DNA of 64,000 nucleotides. Source: Patescibacteria group bacterium (GTDB taxonomy: Bacteria > Patescibacteriota > Minisyncoccia > UBA6257 > GWB1-50-10). The notes below the pieces were generated by a model, which worked only from the letters and a program-made list of their open reading frames with translations, was not told where the DNA came from and did not search any database. The DNA is taken from the NCBI GenBank assembly GCA_040757555.1, contig JBFLWN010000002.1, forward strand, positions 19,116-83,115, in the 5' to 3' direction. Below, piece by piece: positions 51,016-60,524 of this stretch (the stretch's first letter is position 1; each line of letters begins with the position of its first letter). The translations under genes and the position numbers were made by a program.

Positions 51016-52125
51016 CTAATAGCCCTTATGTCCAAAATCTTTTAATTCCCTCTTCGCTGTTTTGATGAATTTTCCGAATTGCCGATCTTTTTTCCTTTTT
51101 TCAAAATCACTCATTTCGTAATATTCCGATTCTTTTTTCAGGGTAATATAATTTGAATGTTTTTCTTTATCCAATGTTCCCGAATTCACCGCATCAATAA
51201 CTTTACAGCCGGGTTCTTGAGTATGCGTGCAATTGGTATATTTACAATTTTTGGCCAATTCCGTAATTTCATCGAACGTAGCATTGATTCCCTGATCAAC
51301 GTCGGTGATCCCGACCTCACGTATTCCAGGATTATCAATCACAATCCCCCCGTTTTTGAGAAAATACATCTGCCGAGTTGTAGTGACATGCTTTCCTCTG
51401 CCGGAATATGCGCTGATGTCCCCCGTTTTTATAGATTCCTCGCCGAGAAGTTTATTGATGAGTGAAGATTTTCCCACACCGGATGAGCCGAGAAAACAAT
51501 ATGTGTTGCCCTTCTTAATATATTGTTTCAAATCTTTGAGCCCTTCGTTCTGGATGGTGCTTGTCGGAATAATATCAACGCCCTTAAATCTGTCTTTCAA
51601 CTCTACTATCTTTTCATCCAATCCCTCCTTCGAGAGGAGGTCGATTTTGTTCAATATAATAACAAGTTCCGCACCGCCGTTTTTTACGATGGCGAAATAT
51701 CGTTCAAAGCGATTCAAATTGTAGTCGCGATCAACCGACTCCACCACAAACACAACATCAATATTCGTTGCGATAACCTGCGTTTCGTTTTTCTCCCCAA
51801 TTCTGTTTTTGTCCCCGGATTTTCTCTTGATGATTGTTTTCCTCTCCAATATTCCGCGAATAACCGCCTGTTCTCCATCAAGTTCGGAAATCGCAACCCA
51901 ATCGCCCACAGCAGGATAATCTTCTCTCAAAGAGGCTTTAAACATCTGTTTCCCCGTCACTCTCGCCAGATATTCCCCGTCTGCATTTTTAACTTTATAC
52001 ACTCCTCTGGCCTCAGAAATAACTCGCGCAACCGAAAAATTGCCGAGATCAAGTTTATTTCTACTCGACTCAAAAAATGAGTTGTATCCAAAATCCTTAA
52101 TGTTCATTTTTTCACCTTTTTCCAT
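51016..52125 (-). CDS. rsgA: Ribosome small subunit-dependent GTPase A
   Basis: AVGDWV, NKID, GSSGVGKSSLIN, GKHVTT, DNPG, CKYTNCTH..EPGC. Confidence 0.95.
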   Translation of the reverse strand: MEKGEKMNIKDFGYNSFFESSRNKLDLGNFSVARVISEARGVYKVKNADGEYLARVTGKQMFKASLREDYPAVGDWVAISELDGEQAVIRGILERKTIIKRKSGDKNRIGEKNETQVIATNIDVVFVVESVDRDYNLNRFERYFAIVKNGGAELVIILNKIDLLSKEGLDEKIVELKDRFKGVDIIPTSTIQNEGLKDLKQYIKKGNTYCFLGSSGVGKSSLINKLLGEESIKTGDISAYSGRGKHVTTTRQMYFLKNGGIVIDNPGIREVGITDVDQGINATFDEITELAKNCKYTNCTHTQEPGCKVIDAVNSGTLDKEKHSNYITLKKESEYYEMSDFEKRKKDRQFGKFIKTAKRELKDFGHKGY

Positions 52126-52202
52126 AGTATTACTAATAACAAACCATTTTATAGTTTATATTAGCACTAATTTTTCGACGAATCTCAAACTTACGTATTT
52201 TA

Positions 52203-52919
52203 CTAAACATCATACTTTTTACGCACTTCCTCTTTCCGTTGAATCTCACCTCTCTCTAAATTTTCAAACACAAATTGAGTGCTCCTTATTGATTCGTCTT
52301 CCAAATGATCCCAGATAGTACTAGATAAATCGAAGTCGTTAGAGAGTTTGTTAAATGTTTGCTGTATCGTTTTGATTAATGCTTCAATTTCATTCGGTAC
52401 GAACGTGCCATTAATAGCTTTCATGTCGGTGTGTGCGAGTTGTTTGTCACGGATGTTTTTTAAATTTGTAATAAGTACTTCATGTGATTTTCGGAGTTGT
52501 TCGATTTGATTAATGGTTTCCTGTTTAATGGGCACATAGTCGTCTTTTATGGCACCAATTTTATCAAGATTTGGATATACGCTTCTGATAATATCCGCCG
52601 TGAACAAACTTTTGTTTTTCTCAATTTTTTTTATTAATCCTACAATGCTCAAGGCTTGCGAGTCTTTGTCAAAGAACTTCATTAAACCAACAATGAAGGT
52701 TTGTAGGTGACTTTGCTCGGTCGGTATGAAAAAATATTTGTAGAGACTCAATAACGCAGCATTTTTCTCGGCCTGTTCTTTTCCGACTTCTGGTATCGAA
52801 CGTGAGAATGTAAGTGTTCTCCAAATATGATACGACTCAACTACAGCAAAAATCTCGTGACTCATTCGGTTAAAGAGTTCTTTTACTTCTATAAATTTCT
52901 GCTTTGCTTTATCGTCCAT
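52203..52919 (-). CDS. HEPN-like (AbiU2-type) protein
   Basis: All-helical, RDKQLAH (Rx5H) motif. Confidence 0.6.
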   Translation of the reverse strand: MDDKAKQKFIEVKELFNRMSHEIFAVVESYHIWRTLTFSRSIPEVGKEQAEKNAALLSLYKYFFIPTEQSHLQTFIVGLMKFFDKDSQALSIVGLIKKIEKNKSLFTADIIRSVYPNLDKIGAIKDDYVPIKQETINQIEQLRKSHEVLITNLKNIRDKQLAHTDMKAINGTFVPNEIEALIKTIQQTFNKLSNDFDLSSTIWDHLEDESIRSTQFVFENLERGEIQRKEEVRKKYDV

Positions 52920-52925
52920 GATTTC

Positions 52926-53546
52926 CTATTGAGTTATTTGAGAAATTTTCCAATCACTAAAATCTCCATTAATCTCAACTTTATGGGTTATTGATTTATC
53001 TCCAAAAGAATTTCGGAACTCCGTTACAGAATAGGAATAGCCGTCTGCTCCCGAATTTAAAAGACCGACACAAAATACCGCCTCAAAATTGTGCCGTTTG
53101 AAAATAGCTTCTCGAATCTTGTTTCTAAAAAACCATCCAGCTCCATCGAAAAACGCAACCAGAATTTTATCCTGCGCATATTCAGGTCCTCTGGCGATTT
53201 TTATGTTTATAGCTTGAATAACTCTATCTTCCCCAGTGGGCAAATTTTTACCTGCTGGTATATCAAGAGCGCAAACATGCTCAGTTGGGAAAAATAATTC
53301 TTTTTCTCTGTCGACAATAAAACCATCTCCTCCAATTACATCTTCCGCAAAAGTTATAAATTTATTTTGCAGATGGCTTAACACAACAGAAATTAACCAG
53401 TTTGCCCACGCTTCCCTGGGAAGCAAATTAAAATTTGCCATTCTTCTTCCGTTCCATAGGTATTTAGGATTTTTCACCATTGGCTCAAAATCCTTAAGTA
53501 CAATCCTTAAATCCTTGATTACATTTATGCTTTTTTTCATACTCAC
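52926..53546 (-). CDS. Hypothetical protein, possible PD-(D/E)XK-fold nuclease
   Basis: RE...DGFIVD...TEHV spacing of acidic residues; fold call tentative. Confidence 0.5.
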   Translation of the reverse strand: MSMKKSINVIKDLRIVLKDFEPMVKNPKYLWNGRRMANFNLLPREAWANWLISVVLSHLQNKFITFAEDVIGGDGFIVDREKELFFPTEHVCALDIPAGKNLPTGEDRVIQAINIKIARGPEYAQDKILVAFFDGAGWFFRNKIREAIFKRHNFEAVFCVGLLNSGADGYSYSVTEFRNSFGDKSITHKVEINGDFSDWKISQITQ

Positions 53547-53615
53547 TTGACGCTCCTTGGGCGGGATAACCTGTCACGACTTTATTTATAGTATACAGAC
53601 ACGCTTTTAGTGTTT

Positions 53616-54071
53616 TTAAAAGTGATAAAGAAAATAATACAATACAGGAAGCTCAAGTAAGAAAGATAAGCCAATTATCGTGGATAAGGTACTTTTTGGT
53701 AGTAATAATCCTGCTTTAGTATAAGATAATTTACCGTTGTAATTTTTTATTTCCCACAACAAGTCTGGAATTCTTAAAATCATGATTACTAGTGCTACTG
53801 CCATGACGCCAATATTCCAAAAATGAAACAGTAAATAAAGATAAACTACAATTAATGTGAGGGAAAAAAAATTAGCTCTCCTATTAGCGCGCTGAGATTC
53901 TTTAATTTGATTTTTAATAAATTCATCACCCTCCGATTTTATTTTGTTAAGTTCCGGATCTGAAAACAAACCCCTTACTAAAAGACCCAATAGATTTACG
54001 CTTAAATATACTAGAACAAAGTAAAATGCTATAGATATTAATATGTGAATAATCATATAAGGCGATTTCAA
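53616..54071 (-). CDS. Membrane hypothetical protein (about 4 TM)
   Basis: Hydrophobic segments. Confidence 0.7.
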   Translation of the reverse strand: MKSPYMIIHILISIAFYFVLVYLSVNLLGLLVRGLFSDPELNKIKSEGDEFIKNQIKESQRANRRANFFSLTLIVVYLYLLFHFWNIGVMAVALVIMILRIPDLLWEIKNYNGKLSYTKAGLLLPKSTLSTIIGLSFLLELPVLYYFLYHF

Positions 54072-54077
54072 GTAGTT

Positions 54078-54713
54078 TTATTTTATCATCTGTATGTCTT
54101 TAATCAGAACCGACAAATCACTTCCCTTCTCCCTCACCTTGTCGGTCATAAAATAGATACCTCTATAATATTTTTTAACATAATAATACATTTTTAGATC
54201 GCATGTTAAAATTTTAGCATCTAAAAACACTCCCTCTGTTGCAATATAAAAATCAAGTGGGTGCATTTTAGATATTTTTACATGAGAAAATCTCTTGTAT
54301 TTTTGTATTATCTGTGAAATTTCAAGAGTTCGACTATGCCTACAATCAATCTTTGAAAGAAATTTATCAATTTTTTGTACACATTTTTTGACAGGAATTT
54401 TATTGATTCTAATTAAACGAGAAATTGTCTCAAGATAAACCAGTGCTGGAATATAAAAAGTTGGCTTATAAGGAAGAACTGCCCCCAAAGAAGATGTGGC
54501 TGCAATATAATGAGTATCATTTTCATCTAAGATCGCGATTAACCATGAAGAATCCGGAACTATTTTTAATTTTGGTATGACTTCTTCATTCTCATTCAAA
54601 GGGCTATCTCCGATTCTATTTTGCGCCTCATCTTTTCCTAATGAATCTTGTAAAACTTTTACCTGTTCCAATAGCGAGTTTATTTGTGCATGAAGTTCTT
54701 CAATTGTAGTCAT
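54078..54713 (-). CDS. PIN-domain protein with N-terminal coiled coil
   Basis: IVPDSSWLIA...D.H, YLE, LD, ILTCD. Confidence 0.75.
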   Translation of the reverse strand: MTTIEELHAQINSLLEQVKVLQDSLGKDEAQNRIGDSPLNENEEVIPKLKIVPDSSWLIAILDENDTHYIAATSSLGAVLPYKPTFYIPALVYLETISRLIRINKIPVKKCVQKIDKFLSKIDCRHSRTLEISQIIQKYKRFSHVKISKMHPLDFYIATEGVFLDAKILTCDLKMYYYVKKYYRGIYFMTDKVREKGSDLSVLIKDIQMIK

Positions 54714-54757
54714 TTTAAAAAAATAAATTCAATCAAACCTATTTTCGAATAGTTAAG

Positions 54758-55471
54758 TTATGTTTTGGGAGTATCTCTCTTTTGAACAGCTTGTTTTGCT
54801 CCATCAGGCAATTCATCATAAAACGCCCTTATTTCTTTTGGTTCTGTTATCATCTTTTCGGCGATAAAATTTAATAGGCCAAATAACTTAACGACACGCG
54901 TGGTATCTTCTTTTAAATCTAATTCTCCAGGATGAACTGCATTGTTCCCCGTAATACGAAGTGCATCTAAAGATTTTTGTATTGTTGGATTTAATCCTTT
55001 TTTAACTAAAGCTGCAATATCGTCATTGATATTTTCCCCCTTTTCTCCAAGTTGAATACAGAGCTTTTGCAATGCCAATCTTAAAATCGCCGCAGCGGAT
55101 CGTGGAGAGTCGTCCAATATATTCGCAGCTTCCAAATAATCAGATTGAATTTCTTCCGAAAGATCGGAATTAGGTTTTTCCACAACGATTTTTTTGGGAA
55201 AAATCATACTGGAATCTTTCCAAACTGAAACATTACTGCAATGTTCGCATATTGAAATAGTCCACGTTTCTGGAAGATTTCCAGTAATCGGCGTTAAATT
55301 TCTAATATTAGAATCATAAACTTGGCCAGAGTATCTGTTTCTGTTTGCTGTTGTATAACAGTCTCCTACCGCGCTTAGGTGTGACCATCGCTGCTTTGCA
55401 AAAACACCACAATGTGGGCAATGGAACTTGCCTTCTGCGTGTTCTGGTGGAAAATGTTCTTCTTTACTCAT
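54758..55471 (-). CDS. DUF4145 (HEPN-like) protein with N-terminal zinc ribbon
   Basis: CPHC...CEHC, DYLEA, SPRSAAAILR, LRITGNNAVHP. Confidence 0.85.
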   Translation of the reverse strand: MSKEEHFPPEHAEGKFHCPHCGVFAKQRWSHLSAVGDCYTTANRNRYSGQVYDSNIRNLTPITGNLPETWTISICEHCSNVSVWKDSSMIFPKKIVVEKPNSDLSEEIQSDYLEAANILDDSPRSAAAILRLALQKLCIQLGEKGENINDDIAALVKKGLNPTIQKSLDALRITGNNAVHPGELDLKEDTTRVVKLFGLLNFIAEKMITEPKEIRAFYDELPDGAKQAVQKRDTPKT

Positions 55472-55587
55472 AAGCTGTCATTTTGATTATACTCCTACTC
55501 TATGATTTTATATTAAAACCCCCACACAAATGCGCAAGTGTCTTTATTTGAATTTTTCGCCCTTCGTTGATATGATAGTTTTGCCAT

Positions 55588-55661
55588 TGCGGGATCGTCT
55601 AATGGTAGGACAGCGGACTCTGAATCCGTCAATCTTGGTTCGAATCCAGGTCCCGCAGCCA
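55588..55661 (+). tRNA. tRNA-Gln (anticodon CTG)
   Basis: TGCGGGA/TCCCGCA acceptor, GCGGA-CT-CTG-AA-TCCGT, GTTCGAATC, encoded CCA. Confidence 0.97.
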
Positions 55662-55676
55662 AGTAATATAAATATC

Positions 55677-56111
55677 ATGGACCTAGAGATAGATATAAAG
55701 GGTACTTTTTTAAACATTAAAGTTGTGATTTTGGTCAAAACAAAAAATGGCTTTATTCTTGAAAAAAGTCCAAACGGATATTTTTATTTTGTCGGTGGGA
55801 GGGTAAAAATAAATGAGACATCAGAAGAAGCTGCAAAAAGAGAAATTTTTGAAGAAATAGGCATTAAAATTGAAGAATTGACGTTCAAAACCATAATCGA
55901 AAATTTCTTTACTCTAAAAGAAAATCAGCACGTTCATGAAATCTGTTTTGTTTATACAATCGATCACAAACTAGAGATAAATGATTTAGCGTCAAATTAT
56001 GTAGAGTGTCCAATCACCAACTTTGAAAACACAGACATTAGACCACGCGCCCTAAAAGACTACATTTTAACAAACGACGACAGACCACATATCATCTACA
56101 GGAACCTCTAG
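55677..56111 (+). CDS. NUDIX hydrolase
   Basis: GGRVKINETSEEAAKREIFEEIG Nudix box; start placed after the tRNA. Confidence 0.9.
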   Translation: MDLEIDIKGTFLNIKVVILVKTKNGFILEKSPNGYFYFVGGRVKINETSEEAAKREIFEEIGIKIEELTFKTIIENFFTLKENQHVHEICFVYTIDHKLEINDLASNYVECPITNFENTDIRPRALKDYILTNDDRPHIIYRNL

Positions 56112-56127
56112 CCTCTGGAAATACAAA

Positions 56128-56157
56128 AGCACCACTATGACGCGTCATAGTGGTGCT
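56128..56157. terminator. Perfect 30-bp palindrome between convergent genes
   Basis: AGCACCACTATGACG|CGTCATAGTGGTGCT with A-tract on the left. Confidence 0.65.
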
Positions 56158-56183
56158 CAAGAAGAAAAACAATTCTCCCCAAC

Positions 56184-56432
56184 TTAAAATTGAAGAACCT
56201 CTAAAACCCTATGTATCACGAGTGCAGGCCACGCGATCGCTTTCAAAACACCTAAAACTCCCATCCAGAAAGTTTCCGAATGTTGTATGAAATATACCAA
56301 TGCGCCGACAAACCCCAAACAATAAATAAAACATCCGGAAGCGCACCCACTCCCGCATTTTTTTGACCCACACTTCGTCAAATCACAGCACTTTGTTTGT
56401 TTTTCTTCTCCCCCGCCTTGTTCGTTAGTCAT
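56184..56432 (-). CDS. Small membrane protein with Cys-rich N-terminus
   Basis: YCLGFVGALVYF...FW..VLG.LKA..WP. Confidence 0.8.
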   Translation of the reverse strand: MTNEQGGGEEKQTKCCDLTKCGSKKCGSGCASGCFIYCLGFVGALVYFIQHSETFWMGVLGVLKAIAWPALVIHRVLEVLQF

Positions 56433-56481
56433 GCGTTCATTATATCATAAGAAAAAACGTGCTTCATCAGCACGTTTTATT

Positions 56482-57162
56482 TTATGAAAATACAAAATTT
56501 TCCTCGACCGACACCACAAGATAATCCTTTTCAACTGAAGGAATAATAACAATCTTCTTCCCCCACCGTTCGGCAGTGATACATTCGTTGGCAACAAAAA
56601 GATTCGAGAAGTAGCGACGCGAAAGATAATTTTTCATCGCAGTACGAAAAGATGAAATAATTTCATCTTTTTCTTTTTGATAAAGAAAGATTTTAAATCT
56701 GCTTTTATAATTCATTGCAATAGCATCCTTCGTCGCATTTTCAATCCATTTTTTTTCATCTTGCACTTGATCGTGAAAATCAAATACATCCGAGACCCTC
56801 TTTTTCAATTCCCTCCCGATAGATTCCTTCATTTCCGTACATCCGCTAGGGAGCATAGAAACGAGAGTAGAAAGAGCACACTCTACCTCTTCGTTCGAAT
56901 ACGCTGAAAATGTCCCTAATGCAATACTTTTACACTCATGAAATGATTTTTTCTTCCAATATGGCATATTCTTCGGGAATGTCTTTTCTAACTTCTGGAA
57001 AATACGGCTCACCCCTGTAGCATACGGGGTATTTCTCATTTTTCTCAATTTTAAGAGTGAAATGAGAAATCTTAAAAATGCATTCTGATCAGGTATTTCC
57101 TGTACTTCACGTAAAAAATTAGCGATGGTTTTTTGTAGATTTACCTCTTTCGTCTTTTCCAT
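56482..57162 (-). CDS. Hypothetical protein, cassette gene
   Basis: TTGACA(57220), GGAGG SD, AAAACGTGCT...AGCACGTTTT terminator. Confidence 0.75.
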   Translation of the reverse strand: MEKTKEVNLQKTIANFLREVQEIPDQNAFLRFLISLLKLRKMRNTPYATGVSRIFQKLEKTFPKNMPYWKKKSFHECKSIALGTFSAYSNEEVECALSTLVSMLPSGCTEMKESIGRELKKRVSDVFDFHDQVQDEKKWIENATKDAIAMNYKSRFKIFLYQKEKDEIISSFRTAMKNYLSRRYFSNLFVANECITAERWGKKIVIIPSVEKDYLVVSVEENFVFS

Positions 57163-57253
57163 TTTTCCTCCATATTTAAATTTCTAAATAAATAGTGGAA
57201 TATTTCGGTGAGTTTGTCAAACAAAAACCCCACTATCAGCGGGGTTTTATTTT

Positions 57254-58375
57254 TTACAATTTTACTTTCTCTTGTGCTAATTGTAATACAAAAAGAAATG
57301 TCGGATCTTCATAATGCGATCCTTTCTTCCTGATTTTTTCGGTGAGCCATTTCTCGGCACGGAGTACATATTCTCGGAGAACTTTTTTCGAGCATTTCAG
57401 TTTTTCATCGAATGCAATGCGAGACAGATTTACGATAAAACATTTGAAACATCCGCCACATTGAGCCTCATAAAACGGAAATTTCGGATATTTCGACCAA
57501 AAGATTCTCTTTTGCATTCTGTCTTTCAACAACGGATAGGAAAAACAACTATTCGTGTGCGCGAGATCGAGCGGATATTCCCGTATCATTATCTCGAGTA
57601 TCTCCCATTCTTTTTTATCGTCCCACACAACATCAACCCAAAATCCCAGTGCATAGAGGAGTTGATTGAATTCCCTCATATACTTTTCCTGTCCGCTGAA
57701 GAGATCATATACGGTTTCATCGCCAAATCCCTCGATTACAATGTTTCCTGCTCCATATTGATATGCATACGGAATCATAAGCGCGACGAGAAACATGTCA
57801 CGGCTTTTCATTGTTTCGAATCCATTTCGTGGAGTTCCATTTTTCAAATGCACCGTATCGAGATGCACCTTCTTCCATTCAGCATATTTTTCCGCGTACT
57901 TTTTTTCCTCCGAACAACACGAAAGATTTAGATTTTGGATGTGCACGAGATGTGGAGATTGACCATCTTTCAATGCTTTCAAAAAATGATACACACTGTC
58001 TTTTCCGCTCGAAAAAGGAACAATAACTCCTTTGTCATCCAACGAAGGTACTTCTTTTTTCAAGTAAGAAATTCCGGGAATTTCTCCTCCCTGCGAAACA
58101 ATCTTCGGAGCGGGTTTTCCTGATATTTTGTACATTCTCTTGATAAAATCACTCACCTTTTTTTCCAGTTTATAATTCACGAGAGTAATTTTTTCCGGCA
58201 ACAATCCACTTACCATGTGCATTGTCCCAAATTGAGAGAATAAAAACTCGCTTTTCTCGTCATACGGATAATCCTTGCTTCGTATTGAAAGACTTATGTG
58301 CTGTTCCTTCTTTCCAACCAAAATCCGATTTTTGGTCTTTAACTCAAAATCTTCATACGCTATCTGCATTTCCAT
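57254..58375 (-). CDS. QueC-like PP-loop ATPase, cassette gene
   Basis: PFSSGKDS, SRDMFL, SCFS...CGGCFKC zinc site; TTGACT-17-TATAAA; GAGGTG. Confidence 0.75.
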   Translation of the reverse strand: MEMQIAYEDFELKTKNRILVGKKEQHISLSIRSKDYPYDEKSEFLFSQFGTMHMVSGLLPEKITLVNYKLEKKVSDFIKRMYKISGKPAPKIVSQGGEIPGISYLKKEVPSLDDKGVIVPFSSGKDSVYHFLKALKDGQSPHLVHIQNLNLSCCSEEKKYAEKYAEWKKVHLDTVHLKNGTPRNGFETMKSRDMFLVALMIPYAYQYGAGNIVIEGFGDETVYDLFSGQEKYMREFNQLLYALGFWVDVVWDDKKEWEILEIMIREYPLDLAHTNSCFSYPLLKDRMQKRIFWSKYPKFPFYEAQCGGCFKCFIVNLSRIAFDEKLKCSKKVLREYVLRAEKWLTEKIRKKGSHYEDPTFLFVLQLAQEKVKL

Positions 58376-58476
58376 GCTTCACCTCTTTTTCAAGTTTTAA
58401 AATTCTAACTTCTTTATAGTCCCATAAGGACGTGAAGTCAAACAAAAAAGAGGTGTACTTTACACCCCTTTTTCTT

Positions 58477-59409
58477 TTAATATGCCCCTTCTTGGTTTTC
58501 CAGAATTTCTTTACGTAAAGGAAGAACTTTTTCACTTAGTTCGATTTTTTTTCTTATAAGCACATATGCTTCAGCAATTTTTCTATTTTTGAGAAGTGCT
58601 TCTTCGAGTGAAAGTGTCTCTCCTATATCATCAACATTCGTTGCAAGTTTAGTGATATACTCCACATCTTCTCGTGCCAATAATTCCCAATTTTTCACAA
58701 GAAAACCGAGTTCACCCAAATTGTATAACACGTTGATAAACACATCGCGATGTTCAATGAGTTTCTGAGGAATTTTTTTGTATTTCAGAAAATGACAATC
58801 CCATGCGGCTGTTGAAAGTTTATACATGAAATCAATGAGAATCTCATCTGTGTGTGAATTAACTTTATGCTGTATATTCTTTTCAAGTGAAAAAAAATCA
58901 ATAACCTTCGGAAAAATCTTTGAATCCGTATCCATGATCATATTCCACCATGATGGTTTATCATGAATTTCTTTAAACTTGTTCACAGAACGTATATCCT
59001 TCAAAAATTTCTGACAAAGGACAGTGAGCGCTTTTTTGGCAATTATCTGCTTATACCCCTGTTCGGTTGTATTCCGCATCATATTATTCTGATCTAATAC
59101 ACTTACGGAATATTCGTGACGAGAATCAATCTCTGGGTTTCTGAAAGATCCGTAATTATCATATCCATATGCATAATCAAAATATATGCATATTGCATCA
59201 GATATAAAAAGATCTCCGCTTTTTACATCTTCGTCGAGACCTCGATGTAACAAACCTATAATCTCTTTATAATTTTCCGCTTTGCTTATTGCATCCATCC
59301 ACATGTCGTATGTGTAATATCCATGAATGGATCGATTCGCAAGCACTTTGTTCCGTTCGAGTTCAATCTCCCGGAGAATTTCTTCTCTTGATTTTTCCTT
59401 CTTTTTCAT
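58477..59409 (-). CDS. Hypothetical helical protein, cassette gene
   Basis: TTGACA(59495)-17-TATATT; GAGGT; terminator at about 58444-58472. Confidence 0.75.
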   Translation of the reverse strand: MKKKEKSREEILREIELERNKVLANRSIHGYYTYDMWMDAISKAENYKEIIGLLHRGLDEDVKSGDLFISDAICIYFDYAYGYDNYGSFRNPEIDSRHEYSVSVLDQNNMMRNTTEQGYKQIIAKKALTVLCQKFLKDIRSVNKFKEIHDKPSWWNMIMDTDSKIFPKVIDFFSLEKNIQHKVNSHTDEILIDFMYKLSTAAWDCHFLKYKKIPQKLIEHRDVFINVLYNLGELGFLVKNWELLAREDVEYITKLATNVDDIGETLSLEEALLKNRKIAEAYVLIRKKIELSEKVLPLRKEILENQEGAY

Positions 59410-59519
59410 TTCAGACCTCTTCTTTTATGAATGAACTATGCCCAGTTATTTAGGGCTTGTATTCGCAATATAAAAAGAACAGGTCTCTTTGTCAATCTCC
59501 TTGGAACGAGATCAAAAAA

Positions 59520-59543
59520 CAACATTCTGCAGAATGTTGGAAT
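59520..59543. repeat. Palindrome with ATTC-N4-GAAT-N4-GAAT core
   Basis: CAACATTCTG|CAGAATGTTG then GAAT. Confidence 0.75.
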
Positions 59544-59565
59544 ATTCGTGATCAATGAAAATATA

Positions 59566-60438
59566 CTACTTACTCCACCGAGCAAAAATGCCGCACGGGA
59601 GTAATCGTTTTGCTTTTGATTCCTCAATCGTGAGTTCACCTATCTCTATCTCACCCCCATACTTCTCCATAATATTGGCGAGATTATTTTTATATGCGGT
59701 TGCCGAATATCCGGATGCATATCCATTTACCAAAAAGAAAACCGGATCCGAAGATAACACTTCCTTACACAAATCGAAAAGCGGAATCAAATCGTCTTCA
59801 ATTTTCCATAATTCCCCTCCCGGTCCATGACCAAACGCCGGAGGATCCATAATGATTCCATCATATTTGTTTCCTCGTTTTATTTCACGTTTTAAAAATT
59901 TCACCGCATCATCAAGAATCCATCGGATTGGAGCATCTTTCAAATCCGAAAGTTCCGCATTTTCCTTTGCCCAGTTGATTGCTACTTTCGATCCATCGAG
60001 ATGACAGACCTCTGCCCCCGCGCGTGCAGCCGCGAGTGTCGCTCCTCCCGTGTATCCAAACAAATTCAATACCGAAACCTTTTTCTTTGATTTTTTTATC
60101 TGGTCTTCAATCCATTTCCAATTGGAAGCCTGCTCGGGAAACACACCCGTGTGCTTGAATGCCCCGAGGTGAATCCAAAAACGCAGTCCATCAATTTCAA
60201 TATTCCACTTTTCGGGAAGATTATTTTTTGTTATCCATTTTGCATTTCGTGCATCGCGGGAAAATATTCCACTCGCCTTTTTCCATTCCATTTCTTGTTT
60301 TGTCTTCTTCCATAATGCCTGCGGATCGGGGCGGGAAAGAATGAATTCTCCATATCGCTCCAATTTCTCCCCCTCTCCACTGTCGAGCAGTTCATATTCA
60401 CCGGATGATTCAGTTTTCAGAATGAGAAAGTTATCCAT
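59566..60438 (-). CDS. Class I SAM-dependent methyltransferase (RlmI/RlmK-like)
   Basis: YELLDSG..EKLER, HTGVFPEQ, LNLFGYTGG, MDPPAFG. Confidence 0.9.
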   Translation of the reverse strand: MDNFLILKTESSGEYELLDSGEGEKLERYGEFILSRPDPQALWKKTKQEMEWKKASGIFSRDARNAKWITKNNLPEKWNIEIDGLRFWIHLGAFKHTGVFPEQASNWKWIEDQIKKSKKKVSVLNLFGYTGGATLAAARAGAEVCHLDGSKVAINWAKENAELSDLKDAPIRWILDDAVKFLKREIKRGNKYDGIIMDPPAFGHGPGGELWKIEDDLIPLFDLCKEVLSSDPVFFLVNGYASGYSATAYKNNLANIMEKYGGEIEIGELTIEESKAKRLLPCGIFARWSK

Positions 60439-60524
60439 ATCTGATATATGCCATACTTTACCACACTTTCGCTTTTTCTCAATAAATACTGTAAAAATAT
60501 CAATAATCTATGTATGATGAACCT

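Noticed and set aside
55530-55676. N-terminal extension of the NUDIX ORF
   Set aside because: It overlaps tRNA-Gln; the real start is likely 55677.
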